A stretch of DNA of 64,000 nucleotides from Nemertoderma westbladi (taxonomy: Eukaryota > Animalia > Xenacoelomorpha), in NCBI GenBank assembly GCA_032718475.1, contig JAUCBJ010001802.1, positions 62,001 through 126,000 of the forward strand, read 5' to 3'. Every line of letters starts with the position of its first letter. Within the stretch, counting starts at the first letter, position 1. A program made the position numbers and the translations under genes. Below the pieces are notes generated by a model that saw nothing but the letters and a program-made list of their open reading frames with translations, searched no databases and was not told the origin of the DNA. Positions 1 through 13,342 of the stretch are shown here, piece by piece.

Positions 1-170
1 AGGAGGAAGGACTTTGCCTCCGGGGATTTACTGTCCAGTTTTATTGCGGTGTTCATTGCGTACATCCGGGAGTAGTACGCCACTACCGGGTCCCGGTTGT
101 CGTGATCTTCCGCTGTCTTTAGGTGGTGCTTCACCTGGGAGAGACTCGGGGGGAGACTGGATGACGTCAT
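1..170 (-). CDS. VTA1: VTA1/LIP5 (Vps4 activator, ESCRT), N-terminal part; runs off the window edge
   Basis: Manual translation from ATG at 170 gives MTSSSLPPSLSQVKHHLKTAEDHDNRDPVVAYYSRMYAMNTAIKLDSKSPEAKSFL. This matches the VTA1 MIT1 start as I recall it (HHLRTAQEHDKRDPVVAYYCRLYAM...IDSK). Not in the ORF track because it is truncated. Confidence 0.9.
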   Translation of the reverse strand, partial: MTSSSLPPSLSQVKHHLKTAEDHDNRDPVVAYYSRMYAMNTAIKLDSKSPEAKSFL

Positions 171-270
171 CTTACAAATGATTTCGATGTATCTAATAAA
201 ACAATTTCTACTGTACTGTGTACTGGTGTAGGGCTGTAGGGTAATGTTTTATATCCAATCCAGTAATATA

Positions 271-276
271 TTTATT
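271..276 (-). promoter_or_regulatory. Putative AATAAA polyadenylation signal of MED21
   Basis: tttatt on the + strand, about 115 nt past the MED21 stop codon. Confidence 0.5.
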
Positions 277-390
277 TATGTTCAGTAGCAGTCAGTAGAT
301 AAAGAGTAATTTCCATTTCTGAAATAATTCAATATCTATCTATAGTCTAGAACTAGAATTACTTAGGCCCTTAGGGTAAAAAACAAAATC

Positions 391-882
391 TTATCTTTCG
401 CGTTTCACGATCTGCGTTTCTGATTCTTTACTATCCGACAGACCAGACTGTTGGGCAGCAGTATTCTCCAGACTCACATTTAGCGCTGATAGCTTCAGCT
501 GTAACTGAACATCAGCAATGCTGTTTAAGGCTTGCAGTATCTGTTGTAACAAGCGCTCCCCCTGAGAAACAACCCTCCACAGTTCCCGACTAGCTTCCTC
601 GTTCTCTCGGTTCAGCTGAGCGAGACTCGCGTTCTGTAGATCAGCGGACGAATCTTCGCTCGGCAACGAGTTGATTAAAGCGTCGATATCCTTTGCGGTC
701 CTGACTATCAGCTCGCTGAACACTTTGCAGTGTTCCAAAGCCTCCAAGGACTGAACCTGCGGGTTGTTTATTTGGTTGAATTCGCCAGGGGTTGAACTTT
801 GTTGGAGGACCCCGATAGCGTTGCACATGTGGTCAGAGAGTTGATTGACAGCGTCTTGAAGTTGAGTCAATCGATCGGCCAT
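391..882 (-). CDS. MED21: Mediator subunit 21 (Srb7), intronless ORF, 163 aa
   Basis: MADRLTQLQDAVN...CNAIGVLQQ...IVRTAKDIDALINSLPSEDSSADLQ is the diagnostic MED21 sequence. Confidence 0.95.
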   Translation of the reverse strand: MADRLTQLQDAVNQLSDHMCNAIGVLQQSSTPGEFNQINNPQVQSLEALEHCKVFSELIVRTAKDIDALINSLPSEDSSADLQNASLAQLNRENEEASRELWRVVSQGERLLQQILQALNSIADVQLQLKLSALNVSLENTAAQQSGLSDSKESETQIVKRER

Positions 883-1017
883 ATAACTGTAGGCTACTAC
901 AGTACTAAGTACTGAAGTACCCGGTACCTGAGTACTGAAGTAATTGCCGTAATGAAATTATTTAATACCGTAGGCTACCTGTCAGCCTGCTGGTCTGTGC
1001 GCTATGCTGTCTGGCTC

Positions 1018-2566
1018 GGCTTCCTGGAAAACACGCAACAGCGCAACGGCGCAACAGCGCAACAGCGCAACAGCTCTATAACCAATGGGCAGCATTGGCG
1101 CAACAGCGCAACAACCTAAGATTGGTTTATACATTCCACTCTAAGTACATTCTGTTGCGTTCTATGACATTCCATTTCTGTAGCGCCGATGGCGCACCAG
1201 AGTAATAAATAAAGAAAGGTACTGTACGTTCTAAAAGGGATGCGACCTATAACAATCCTAGTACCAATATGGAACTCACTTCCCCAGTGACGTTATCGAA
1301 TCAGTAAGTGTTAAGTCCTTTTGTGACAAACTTAAAACTTGTAATTTATTAGAACATTGCCATTACAATAGATTCGATTAATTAGGACGCATGATCATTC
1401 ATTTATTTTTAGTTTCTACTCAGTATGCATAAACTTTTGTCCTTATAAAACACAAAATGTTTTTATAGAAGAGCGAACAGTATTTCTACTCAGTATGCAT
1501 AAACTTTTGTCCTTATAAAACACAAAAAATGTTTTTATAGAAGAGCGAACAGTATTTGATGGCGTGGTTATTTGTAATTATTGCTGTTTCTAATTCAGTG
1601 TATTTAAATGTAAATTGTTGATTTCAATAGTTATTTGTTTTATTTTATAATTTTAATAAAAAGAGAGTTCAATTCAATACAATCCAATGCAGAGCTATAC
1701 CGAGCTAAAACCGTCCTACCATAACTATAGTGATGCCATAGAGATAACAAGTGCAACCAATCATGGTAGACAATTTAGTCTCCCCCTTCCCTTGTCAAGG
1801 GGTTAACATACTGTATTAAATATATCCTTGCCCTCTCGTGAACAAAAGCAATGGAGAATCGATAAGAACCATCGGCCTATTTCCTTTGTAAACTACTTTT
1901 GAACTCGAAACATTATTTACACATTTTAGCGCGCGCAGCAACGCATGAAGTGAAGAATATGTAGTCTTAGCGTATGCCACTACATAGAGTATACAGGTAT
2001 AGGATACATTACTGTTGAAAGCATTTGATTGTTGTGGGTTGTATATTGAACATACCGCATTGTCTTATTTTAGTACTGAACCGCTTGGAATATGTAGACC
2101 TACTGTAGGCCACTTAATGATAAACGTCGTATAGGCATAGTTATGGGTAGCACCTACGCGTAGTTATACGTAGCACCTTCGTGTAGCACCTACGCGTAGT
2201 TAATGTTAAAACTCTGAAACTGGTGATGTATGACCCAATGTTGCGAACTACAGTACGCGTAGGTCGAAAAGATTTACCCTGCCTGTGCGTTGCCAACACT
2301 ACAGAACTACCTGACAGCCTGACTACTTCATGTCAGCTAATCAATAACCAGTATTTTCATGTATTTGTAGGCCTAACTTCTCCTGTTCTCTGCTTGTTGC
2401 GCCATCGGCGCTACAGAAATGGAATGGCATAGAACGCAACAGAATGTACAAGCCAATGGAATTAGAGTGGAATGTATTTAAACCAATCTTAGGTTGTTGC
2501 GCTGTTGCGCCAATGTTGTTCTTTGGTTATAGGGCTGTTGTGCTGTTGCGTGTTTTCCAGGAAGCC
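1018..2566. mobile_element. Non-autonomous TIR element (MITE) with 8-bp TSD and GG termini (Merlin-like)
   Basis: TIRs of about 170 bp (ggcttcctggaaaacacgcaac... / ...gttgcgtgttttccaggaagcc); TSD TCTGGCTC at 1010-1017 and 2567-2574. Confidence 0.85.
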
Positions 2567-2718
2567 TCTGGCTCTGGCTGTAGGCTACTGCAGTAGTGTC
2601 AGACTTTTGACTCTGACTGGTTGTTTGGTTCTGGTGCGGCGGTCTATTTGACCATCGAGGTAACTGGGGGCGGTGACTGGGGGGAAAATTTTTTTACCAC
2701 AATTTTATATTTTGATAT

Positions 2719-5700
2719 GGAGATTTCTATAAATTTTTATTTGCTGCAATTTGATCAATGGACGTTCTTGAAGGCTCCTCGTTAAGTAAGATACAAAATT
2801 TTATGGTACATAGCTAGTGTTTTAGGTAGGTTTAGCTAGTAATTTAGACACTGGTTCCGACATCCTACTTCCTTCTATAAATATTTTGTAGTAGCTAGTT
2901 CTTGTTACTATTTGTATAGGAAAATGTTGTTCTACTGTAGAACTGATATTTTTTGTTCTAGAACATTTTTTAGAAAAAATCTGGATTATATTTAAAACGC
3001 ATGGAATCGTTCAAAAACGTGTTTAAAATCAATAAAAAAAATTGTGAAAAAAAAATATTGTGAAAAAAGTTCTTTGAATAAAAAAATTTCGAAAATTTTT
3101 TTATTGATTCTAAACACGTTTTAGAGCGATTCCTTGCGTTTTAAATAGAATCCAGTAAGCAACCGAGGGTGGACTCTCTATAGCCGAGGGGCACTTGTAT
3201 AATAACTAATAATCACGAACCCCATCCTCTTATAATATATAACTCTGTAGTAGTCAGTAGCAGTAGTAGTAATAGTAGTAGTAGTAGTAGTATAAGTAGT
3301 AAGTAATAGTAAAGGAGATCGGTTTAAACCAAAGTGATAAAGTAACATTATTATATAACATAATCATATAGACAAAGTAGAATAAGATACGGATTCATAA
3401 TTATTTTATCAAACTCATGTACTACTTACTTCAATGTGCCAATTGTAATAATAATTAAACATATTATTCCGATTAATCTGCGTTTGGCCCTATAAGATAT
3501 TATACTGAAGTGTTTTATATCAATATATCCATGCGAGTAAACAAGAAGTAAAGTAAATGTTTATTATTATAGTTTTAGAAATTGAATGATATACCCAAGA
3601 TAGTGAAATAGATAATATACAAGAAATTGCCATTTGATCAGATATATCAAAGCGGCGTCTTTAGTATAATACCGTAATAGTATCAATTAACTCTGTTATA
3701 CAATGTAAATATACTAAATCTATTTATAAATATATTATGAGCCCTACATTGTATATTTCTCCTACAGGTAGACAATGTAATATGTTAAAACTTGATATAA
3801 TTTGGTATAATGTATAACATATTACAAATAAGACTGAGGCAGCTAAACTATATTGCAAAGAAATCAAATATCCTAAAGTAATATACTAGACCCTCCCTCC
3901 ACCCTATAAATAGTGTTCACCACCTACCCCACCCACCGCCCTTATTACTTCATAATAATGAAAGATAGTACTGGCGCTCCGGTCACTCCGTTCCCTCCGC
4001 TGGGGGGGGGCGTTAAGTTGTAGGTTTTGAAACTATGCAAAATCCGAGCACAGAGTTAGACGCGCATTGGATAGGCGAACATTTCTTGCAGTGAAAGTAT
4101 TTCCATACCTATTATAGTTTTCGAGATAGTCAGACATGAGTAGCTAAAATTTGAATTTTTTTCGGTAAAGTCTGATTTCACCGGTACCTGTCATCCGAAA
4201 TATGGCTTGTGATATATCGTTAGATGCGGGTCCACTAACTGTACATTCACATATTTTCAAGGAAAAAATTCGATCAAGGGTTTTCGAAATATTTTCGAAT
4301 TACCGGAAGCAGACTTTGGACGACCATATCTCCGGTACCGGTAGGCCTATTGAGTCGAAATTTTTTTAATCTACTTAGAACACTCCAGTGAATGTTTTTT
4401 AGTTTGAAAGTTTTGCCCCAAAATGCTCAGAAATGCCCAAAAGTTGCCCCTTCTTAATAGAAGTCGATTAGTAAAAAAAAAATCGGGGGTCTCAAACAAA
4501 GTTTTCGAGAAAATCGGGAAAAACCGAAAAACATGATCTTTTATGATCAGGAAGCTGATCTCGAGAACCGGTTGACCGATCGAGCCAATTTTTTTTTAAT
4601 CAACTCAGAATAGACCATTGAACATTTCTTACAATGAATGTTTATTAGAAAAATGCTTATATTCGATTTTAAATATACTGATCTTTTCGCGATCATGATC
4701 TTGAGTTTTGACCCACTAGACTTGAACTTTTTTATGCCCAAATTTTGGCTACCCCCCATAATTAGAGGGTGAGGAATCTTTTTGTGATGTTAAGTTTTTC
4801 CATACGGTGAACTCCCAGGACTTGGTCTTTGAAATAAAACCAAAAACACGATCTTTTCTGATCGCGGCCTGATCAAATCGCTTTTTGAAAATTTCGAAAT
4901 GCTCAAAAGTTGCCCCTTAATAATAGAAGTCGATTCGTAAAAAAAAAATCGGGGGTCTCAAATAAAGTTTTCGAGAAAATTTGAAAAAACCGAAAAATAT
5001 GATCTTTAATGATCAGGTATCAGATCTCGAGAACCGGTTGTCCGATCGAGCCAATTTTTTTTTTAATCGACTCAGGGCGGTGTTCTGAACGTTTCCTACA
5101 GTAATTGTTTATATCCAAAATGCTTAGTTACGATTTTACAGAGTCCGATCTTTGCGCGATCATGATCTTGGGTTTTGACCAGGAAGAATTCACTTTTTTA
5201 AAATCTTTTAACGGGAATCATGACTAATGTGGGGTCGCTGAATCTTTTTGTAATGTTAAGTTTTTCGATTTGAGCAAGCCTTGAGTGTCCGATTGCTGAT
5301 CAAAACTGATCTTTGCTGATCATGGTCAAGATCGTGATCTGATCGCTCCAAAAAAAGGTTGTGAAGGTAAACCCATATGCTGCCTACAGTTTGGCGCCGG
5401 TCCCAAGTCCGTAGCATTAGCGGTTCTGGACTTATCTCCATAGCAACGTGGTTGCTAGGGAAGCGGACTTTTTGACTCAAATTGGCCCTAGCCGGAGAAC
5501 CGTAGACTTTTTTAACACATTATGTATGGCGAAAAGTCTTCTGGATAAATTTTGGGGGGGGGGGGGTCTAGGAACATCCTATTGTTCGTTTTCGCTTAGT
5601 TGCTGAGATCCTCTCGTCCCCCAAATCCCAGGATTCTATAAAGGCATTCTGCTGGACTAGTTCCGTGGCCGGAATAGTGTTCGGTGTTCTGCGAACAGAG

Positions 5701-6021
5701 AACCTAATCGGTTTAGGGCCCTGACCGTCCAGATTGTTTTCTAAAAAATGTCCTAGAACAAAAAACATTTGTTCTAGAACATAATTTTTTAAAAAAGAAT
5801 AGCTAATATATTCTGGAACATTTTCTATACAAATAGTAACAAGAACTAGGTACTACAAAATATTAATAGAGGGAAGTAGGATGTCGGAACCAGTGTCGAA
5901 ATTACTAGCTAAACCTACCTAAAACACTAGCTAACATACAATTTTGTATCTTACCTAACGAGGATGCTTCAATTACGTCCATTGACCAAATTGCAGCAAA
6001 CGAAAATTTATAGAACTCTCC
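2719..6021. mobile_element. Foldback-type element with long (about 250 bp) imperfect inverted repeats
   Basis: About 2719-2970 is the reverse complement of about 5750-6021 (e.g. cactggttccgacatcctacttcc / ggaagtaggatgtcggaaccagtg); no TSD found. Confidence 0.7.
4430..5270. repeat. Diverged tandem duplication, period about 466 bp
   Basis: aagttgcccct...taatagaagtcgatt...atcgggggtctcaaa at 4441 and 4907. Confidence 0.75.
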
Positions 6022-6589
6022 CCGTTAGGGCATTCCGCAGGGGGGGGGGGGGGGGGGGGGGGGCGTAGCGACGGGGAGAGGGGGACGTTCCCCCGGTAGC
6101 ACAACCCAGGGGCGCTGAAATGTCAGGGAAAATGTCAGGGAATTCTTGTATAAATAGGACAAATCCGTGAAAATTCAAGCATTGTGATACAGTATTTAGA
6201 GGACATGTGTCATAAGCGAAGTGCACTCTATCAAACTTGTGTAAAATAGATTTTGATTTAGTTATACAGTATACTATTGGATATATACTATTTAAGAAAA
6301 CACGTCATAAAATGATCAAAAATGATTAATTCGATTATTAAAATCTATATATTTGATCTTTTTTTAAAACCATATCAGATAATTCATAAGTGTGAATTTA
6401 CTAAAAATAATAAACTATTTTTAATAGATAATTCGAAAATAAGAAATCATATATCTATCCAATAATTTCAGTTTTCTGCAAAAATTGAGGTAGTAGTCGG
6501 GGGGAGGGGTTATGCAAATAGGTGTAGTTGAATTTTTGACCCTTTCATTTTTTATTTATGTTCACAGTAAAAAATTTATAAATTAATTC

Positions 6590-9500
6590 CCCCATATTCG
6601 CTAGTCCTTGCCATTGTCCTGGTACTCTCTGTTCGCCATATTCGCTCCTCCTTGCTGTTGTCCCGGTACTCTCCATTCGCTGTATTCGCTACTCCTTGCC
6701 GTTGTCCCGGTACTCTCCGTTCGTCATATTCACTCCTCCTTGCCGTTGTCCCGGGTACTATCCATTTGCCGTATTCGCTCCTCCTTGCCATTATCCCGAG
6801 TACTCTCTGTTCGCCGTATTCGCTCCACCTTGCCATTGTCCCATGTACTTTCCGTTCATCATTTTCGCTACTCCTTGCCATTATCCCAGGTACTCTCCAT
6901 TCGCTGTATTTGCTCCTCCTTGCCATTGTCCTGGTACTCATACTCTCCATTCGCCATATTCGCTCCTCCTTGCCATTGTCCCGGGTACTCTCCATTTACC
7001 GTATTCACTCCTCCTTGCCATTGTCCCGGGTACTCTCCATTACTGTATTTGCTCCCCCTTGCCATTGTCCCGGTACTCTCAGTTCGCCATATTCGCACCT
7101 CCTTGCCGTTGTCCCGGTACTCTCCATTCGCCATATTCGCCCTTCCTTGCCGTTGTCCCGGGTACTCTCCATTTGCCGTATTTGCTCCTCCTTGCCATTA
7201 TCCCGAGTACTCTCTGTTCGCCATATTCGCTCCTCCTTGCCATTGTCCCAGGTACTCTCTGTTCATTGTTTTTGCTACTCCTTGCCATTATCCCGGGTAC
7301 TCTCCATTCGCCGTATTTGCTCCTCCTTGCCATTGTCCCGAGTATTCTCTAATTGCCGTATTCGCTCCTCCTTGCCGTTGTCCCGGTACTCTCAATTCGC
7401 CATATTCGCTCCTCCTTTCCGTTGTCCCGGGTACTCTCCATTTGCCGTATTCGCTCCACCTTGCCATTATCCCGAGTACTCTCTGTTTGCCGTATTCGCT
7501 CCTCCTTGCCATTGTCCCAGGTACTTTCCGTTCATCGTTTTCGATACTCCTTGCCATTATCCCAGGTACTCTCCATTCGCTGTATTTGCTCCTCCTTGCC
7601 ATTGTCCTGGTACTCATACTCTCCGTTCGCCATATTTGCTCATCCTTGCAATTGTCCCGGGTACTCTCCATTTGCCGTATTCGCTCCTCCTTGCTGTTGT
7701 CCCAGTACTCTCCATTCACTGTATTCGCTCCTCCTTGCCATTGTCCCGGTACTCTCTATTCGCCATATTCGCTCCTCCTTGCCGTTGTCCCAGGTACTCT
7801 CCATTTGCTGTATTCGCTCATCCTGGCCATTATCCTGAGTACTCTCTGATTGCCGTATTCGCTCCTCCTTGCCATTGTCTCAGGTACTCTTCGTTCATCG
7901 TTTTCGCTACTCCTTGCCATTATACCGGGTACTCTCCATTCACTGTATTTGCTCCTCATTGCCGTTGTCCCGGTACTCTCAGTTTGCCATATTCGCTCCT
8001 CCTTGCCGTTGTCCCGGTACTCTCCATTCGCCGCATTTGCTCCTTCTTGCCATTAACCCGGGTACTCTCCATTTGCCGTATTCGCTCCTCTTTGCCATTA
8101 TCCCGAGTACTCTCTGTTCGCCGTATTTGCTCCTCCTTGCCATTGTCCCAGGTACTCTCTGTACATCGTTTTCGCTACTCCTTGCCATTATCCCGGGTAC
8201 TCTCCATTCACCGTATTTGCTCCTCCTTGCTGTTGTCCTGAGTATTCTCCATTCACCATATTCGCTCCTCCTTGCCATTGTCCCAGGTACTCTCCATTTG
8301 CCGTATTCACTCCTCCTTGCTGTTGTCCCGGTACTCTCCATTCCCCATATTCGCTCCTCCTTGCCGTTGTCCCGGTACTCTCCGTTCGCCATATTTGCTC
8401 CTCCTTGCCATTGTCCTGGTTACTCTCCATTTGCCGTATTTGCTCTTCCTTGCCATTGTCCCGGGTACTCTCCATGCGCCGTATTTGCTCCTTCTTGCCA
8501 TTAACTCGGGTACTCTCCATTCTCCATATTCGCTAGTCCTTGCTGTTGTCCCGGGTAATCTCCATTCGCTATATGAGCTCCTTCTTACCATTATCCCGGG
8601 TACTCTCTGTTTGCCGTATTCGCTCCTTCTTGCGATGGTCCCGTGCACTCTCCGCTCCATTCGCCGTATTCGCTAGTCCTTGCTTGCTGTTGTCCCGGGA
8701 ACTCTCAATTTGCAGTATTCCATATTCGCTCCACCTTGCCATTGCCCCAGGTACTTTCTGTTAGCCGTAATCACTCCACCTTGCCATTGTCCTGGGTACT
8801 CTCCATTCGCTGTATTCGCTCGTCCTTGCCGTTGTCCCGGGTACTCTCCTTACGCCGTATTCGTTCCTTCTTGCCATTGTCCCGGCTACTCTCCATTAGC
8901 CGTATTTGCTCCTCGTTGCCGTTGTCCCGGTACTCTCCATTCGCCATATTCGCTCTTCCTTGCCGTTGTCACGGGTACTCTTCATTTGCCGCATTCACTC
9001 CTCCTTGCCATTATCCCAAGTACTCTCTGTTTGCCATATTCACTCCTCCTTGCCATTGTCCCAGGTACTCTCTGTTCATCGTTTTTGCTACTCCTTGCCA
9101 TTATCCGGGTACTCTCCATTCCCCATATTTGCTCCTCCTTGCCATTGTCCCAGGTACTCTCCATTTGCCATATTCGCTCCTCCTTGCCATTGTCCCGGGT
9201 ACTCTCCATTTGCCATATTCGCTCCTCCTTGCCATTGTCCCAGGTACTCTCCATTTGCCGTATTCACTCCTCCTTGCTGTTGTCCCGGTACTCTCCATTC
9301 GCCATATTCGCTCCTCCTTGCCGTTGTCCCGGTACTCTCCGTTCGCCATATTTGCTCCTCCTTGCCATTGTCCTGGTTACTCTCCATTTGCCGTATTTGC
9401 TCTTCCTTGCCATTGTCCCGGGTACTCTCCATGCGCCGTATTTGCTCCTTCTTGCCATTAACTCGGGTACTCTCCATTCTCCATATTCGCTAGTCCTTGC

Positions 9501-11392
9501 TGTTGTCCCGGGTAATCTCCATTCGCTATATGAGCTCCTTCTTACCATTATCCCGGGTACTCTCTGTTTGCCGTATTCGCTCCTTCTTGCGATGGTCCCG
9601 TGCACTCTCCGCTCCATTCGCCGTATTCGCTAGTCCTTGCTTGCTGTTGTCCCGGGAACTCTCAATTTGCAGTATTCCATATTCGCTCCACCTTGCCATT
9701 GCCCCAGGTACTTTCTGTTAGCCGTAATCACTCCACCTTGCCATTGTCCTGGGTACTCTCCATTCGCTGTATTCGCTCGTCCTTGCCGTTGTCCCGGGTA
9801 CTCTCCTTACGCCGTATTTGTTCCTTCTTGCCATTGTCCCGGCTACTCTCCATTAGCCGTATTTGCTCCTCGTTGCCGTTGTCCCGGTACTCTCCATTCG
9901 CCATATTCGCTCTTCCTTGCCGTTGTCACGGGTACTCTTCATTTGCCGCATTCACTCCTCCTTGCCATTATCCCAAGTACTCTCTGTTTGCCATATTCAC
10001 TCCTCCTTGCCATTGTCCCAGGTACTCTCTGTTCATCGTTTTTGCTACTCCTTGCCATTATCCGGGTACTCTCCATTCCCCATATTTGCTCCTCCTTGCC
10101 ATTGTCCCAGGTACTCTCCATTTGCCATATTCGCTCCTCCTTGCCATTGTCCCGGGTACTCTCCATTTGCCATATTCGCTCCTCCTTGCCATTGTCCCGG
10201 TACTCTCCGTTCGCCATATTCGCTCCTCCTAGCCATTGTCTCGGGTACTCCCCATTTGCCGTATTCGCTCCTCCTTGCCGTTGTCCCGGGTACTCTCCAT
10301 GCGCCGTATTTGCTCCTTCTTGCCATTAATCCAGGTACTCTCCATTTGCCGTATTCGCTCCTCCTTGCCATTATCCCAAGTACTCTCTGTTCGCCATATT
10401 CGCTCCTCCTTGCCATTGTCCCAGGTACTCTCTGTACATCGTTTTCGCTACTCCTTGCCATTATCCCGGGTACTCTCCATTCACCATATTTGCTCCTCCT
10501 TGCTGTTATCCTGAGTATTCTCCATTCGCCGTATTCGCTCCTCCTTGCCATTGTCCCAGGTACTCTCCATTTGCCGTATTCACTCCTCCTTGCCATTGTC
10601 CTGATTCTCTCCATTCTCCATATTCGCTCCTCCTTGCCGTTGTCCCGGTACTCTCCGTTCGCCATATTCGCTCCTCCTTGCCATTGTCCTGGTTACTCTC
10701 TATTTGCCGTATTCGCTCCTCCTTGCCATTGTCCCGGGTACTCTCGATGCGCCGTATTTGCTCCTTCTTGCCATTAACTCGGGTACTCTCCATTCGCCGT
10801 ATTCGCTAGTCCTTGCTGTTGTCCCGGGTAATCTCCATTCGCTATATGAGCTCCTTCTTACCATTATCCCGGGTACTCTCCATTTGCCGTATTAACTCCT
10901 TCTTGCGATGGTCCCGTGCACTCTCCGCTCCATTCGCCGTATTCGCTAGTCCTTGCTTGCTGTTGTCCCGGGAACTCTCAATTTGCAGTATTCCATATTC
11001 GCTCCTCCTTGCCATTGTCCTGGTACTCTCCATTCGCTGTATTCGCTCCTCCTTGCCGTTGTCCCGGGTACTCTCCTTACGCCGTATTTGTTCCTTCTTG
11101 CCATTGTCCCGGGTACTCTCCATTCGCCATATTTGCTCCTTCTTGCCGTTGTCCTGGGCACTCTCCATTCGCCGTATTCGCTACTTCTTGCCATTGTCCC
11201 AGGGACTCTCCATTCGCTGTATTCACTCCTCCTTGCCATTGTGCTGGGTACTCTCCTTGCGCCGTATTTGTTCCTTCTTGTCATTGTCTCGGGTACTCTC
11301 CATTCGCCGTATTTGCTCCTTATTTCCATTGTCCTGGGCACTCTCTGTTCGCCGTATTCGCTAGTTCTTGCAGTTGTCCCGAGTACTCTCCG
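6590..11392. repeat. Satellite array with a 44-45 bp unit (ccgggtactctccattcgccgtattcgctcctccttgccattgtc) and a 957-bp higher-order duplication
   Basis: About 100 tandem units; identical variant blocks offset by 957 bp (8540/9497, 8643/9600). Confidence 0.95.
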
Positions 11393-11975
11393 TTTTTGCT
11401 TTTGCTTTTTAGTATTAGATATCTGAATGTTTTGTTATCAGATTGTTTTCAAATTTTGAATAATTTTTAAACTAAAAACACCAATATCTCTGGCTATTTT
11501 AGTATCTTATTGAATTCTGTAAACGCCATTGTGTTTTTGTGAGATTATTGCATCTAATTAATCTGGTTTTGAATTTGAGTCGTGTACCCCATTCTTCTCA
11601 TTCGGAGTCTAGAAACTTCGATTTTATATATTCCAAGTTGGTTCAATTTTGTTATAAGTCTACTCTAGGCCTACGTATCTATAAAGTCCCATTTCAACAC
11701 TACATTGATATATATTTGGTACGGAAAGGAATCTATTTACAAAAATAGAAATTCCCATGGAAAAAATTTCCCGGCATAAATGGAAATGCCTGAGGCATAG
11801 CTGTAAAAGAGCTGAAATAATTTCATTGCTGTACATTGTAAGATTATTTTTTAAATCTGAAATATAATACTAAGTAGTTCTTTCAACATTGCGGGACTAA
11901 TAATCGAAGGAAGGACTTTAGACACTCACACGGTATAAACGTGGGATAGGCCTATGCATGAATTTGAGAAATTAA

Positions 11976-12870
11976 GGGGGGGGGGGGGGGGGGGGGGTGG
12001 GGTATACCCTCCATCAGGTAAAATTTTCAAATTATTGTTTCTTTATCTCACCTAGAGCAGAATTTAATGAGGATTACAAATCTGAAAACCGCTTAGTGAG
12101 ACCTCTTTCAGTTCTCGAGTTATCACTGTTTTTCCGTATGACGGTCTGTCCGTCAAATTGTAAGAAAGACAGAAGACCGACAGACAGACAGATAGACTAG
12201 ATTCCACTAAAAATTAAAACTGACATCGGAAATGAAATCAGCGACCTCGAAAACCCCAGTAATGAACATTTTAGCTCGTTGGTGTGCATCATTCGTGCCA
12301 GAAATAATTAACCAACCAGAACACAGACAGCCAATTTTGGCGGGACGGTTTAAACTTTGAAGGGCATTTTCTCGGAATGACAATTTTCATTTTCAAATTA
12401 CTACTCCTCCGTCATTTTTCAACCAATTTTCTTCGTTTATGGCTCATTCGAACGAGCTTTGGAAGCTCTTTAAAAGTTATCTTATGGAATTTTGATAAAT
12501 ATTACCATTTTTTCTAATTAGCCATTTTTAATTAAAAATATGATAATTAATTAATTAAAATAAAATTGGCTAATTAAAAATTCTATAAGATAACTTTTGT
12601 AGAGTCGATCACGCTGAGTCCAAAAAAAATTGGTTTCAAGAAATTTGGACCAAAATTGAGGGACTAGTAGCAATTTTAGTGAAATCTTTAATTCCTCCGC
12701 CAGCCGCTAGGGGGAGGCTACAAATTTTCAAATTTTACTATAAAGGCTATTTGGCCTTCCATACAGTGGTTGACCATGACAAAATAGCAATATTATCATT
12801 TAACACTAATTGACAGCCATTTTAAAAAAAGGTTCATGGGGGGGTATACCCCCCCCCCCCCGCCCCCCCC
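11976..12870. mobile_element. Non-autonomous Kolobok-like DNA transposon
   Basis: TTAA at 11972-11975 and 12871-12874 flank G-run/C-run termini with gggtataccc; same end style as the Kolobok at 56078. Confidence 0.75.
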
Positions 12871-13103
12871 TTAATTGGGTCTGCATCATTTAATTTCAAA
12901 TTGAAAACATAAAATATGTAATTTACGTTTGATTGGTAAATATACTTACTATGAAATTAAAAATCACAAACATAATATCTTGTAACTTCGTTAGTAGAAT
13001 TTCAAACGATTACATTTTTACAAATAGCCCCTACAGTAAATCACACAGTAAGCCGCAGGTCATCGGATAGGCATCCAATAATGTTCAGCGTTAGATACAA
13101 TTC

Positions 13104-13342
13104 TTAAATATCAAATGTTTCCTCCCTTCCAACCCGAATCCTTTTGGCCCTATCATTACGTTTTTTATTTTTCTCATTTTTGTTTCTTTCCCAATTTGAT
13201 AACATCCTCAGAGGTATATGCATCAACCCCGCCAATATTAATATCGCACCGGGAATGGCGAACGAGAGAACATAGTTTTTACATTGGTCCATATTGCATT
13301 CACCGTCTATCGTATTTTTGCTTGAGCTGTCCGCCAAATAAC
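13104..13342 (-). CDS. SLC16-like transporter, last coding exon (7)
   Basis: ttgtattcag|GTTATTTG acceptor; (G)YLADSS...TM12...stop. Confidence 0.85.

Noticed and set aside
6576-11470. Dozens of long ORFs (up to 529 aa) on both strands
   Set aside because: They are translations of a stop-poor 45-bp satellite, open in several frames, with frame-breaking 44-bp units.
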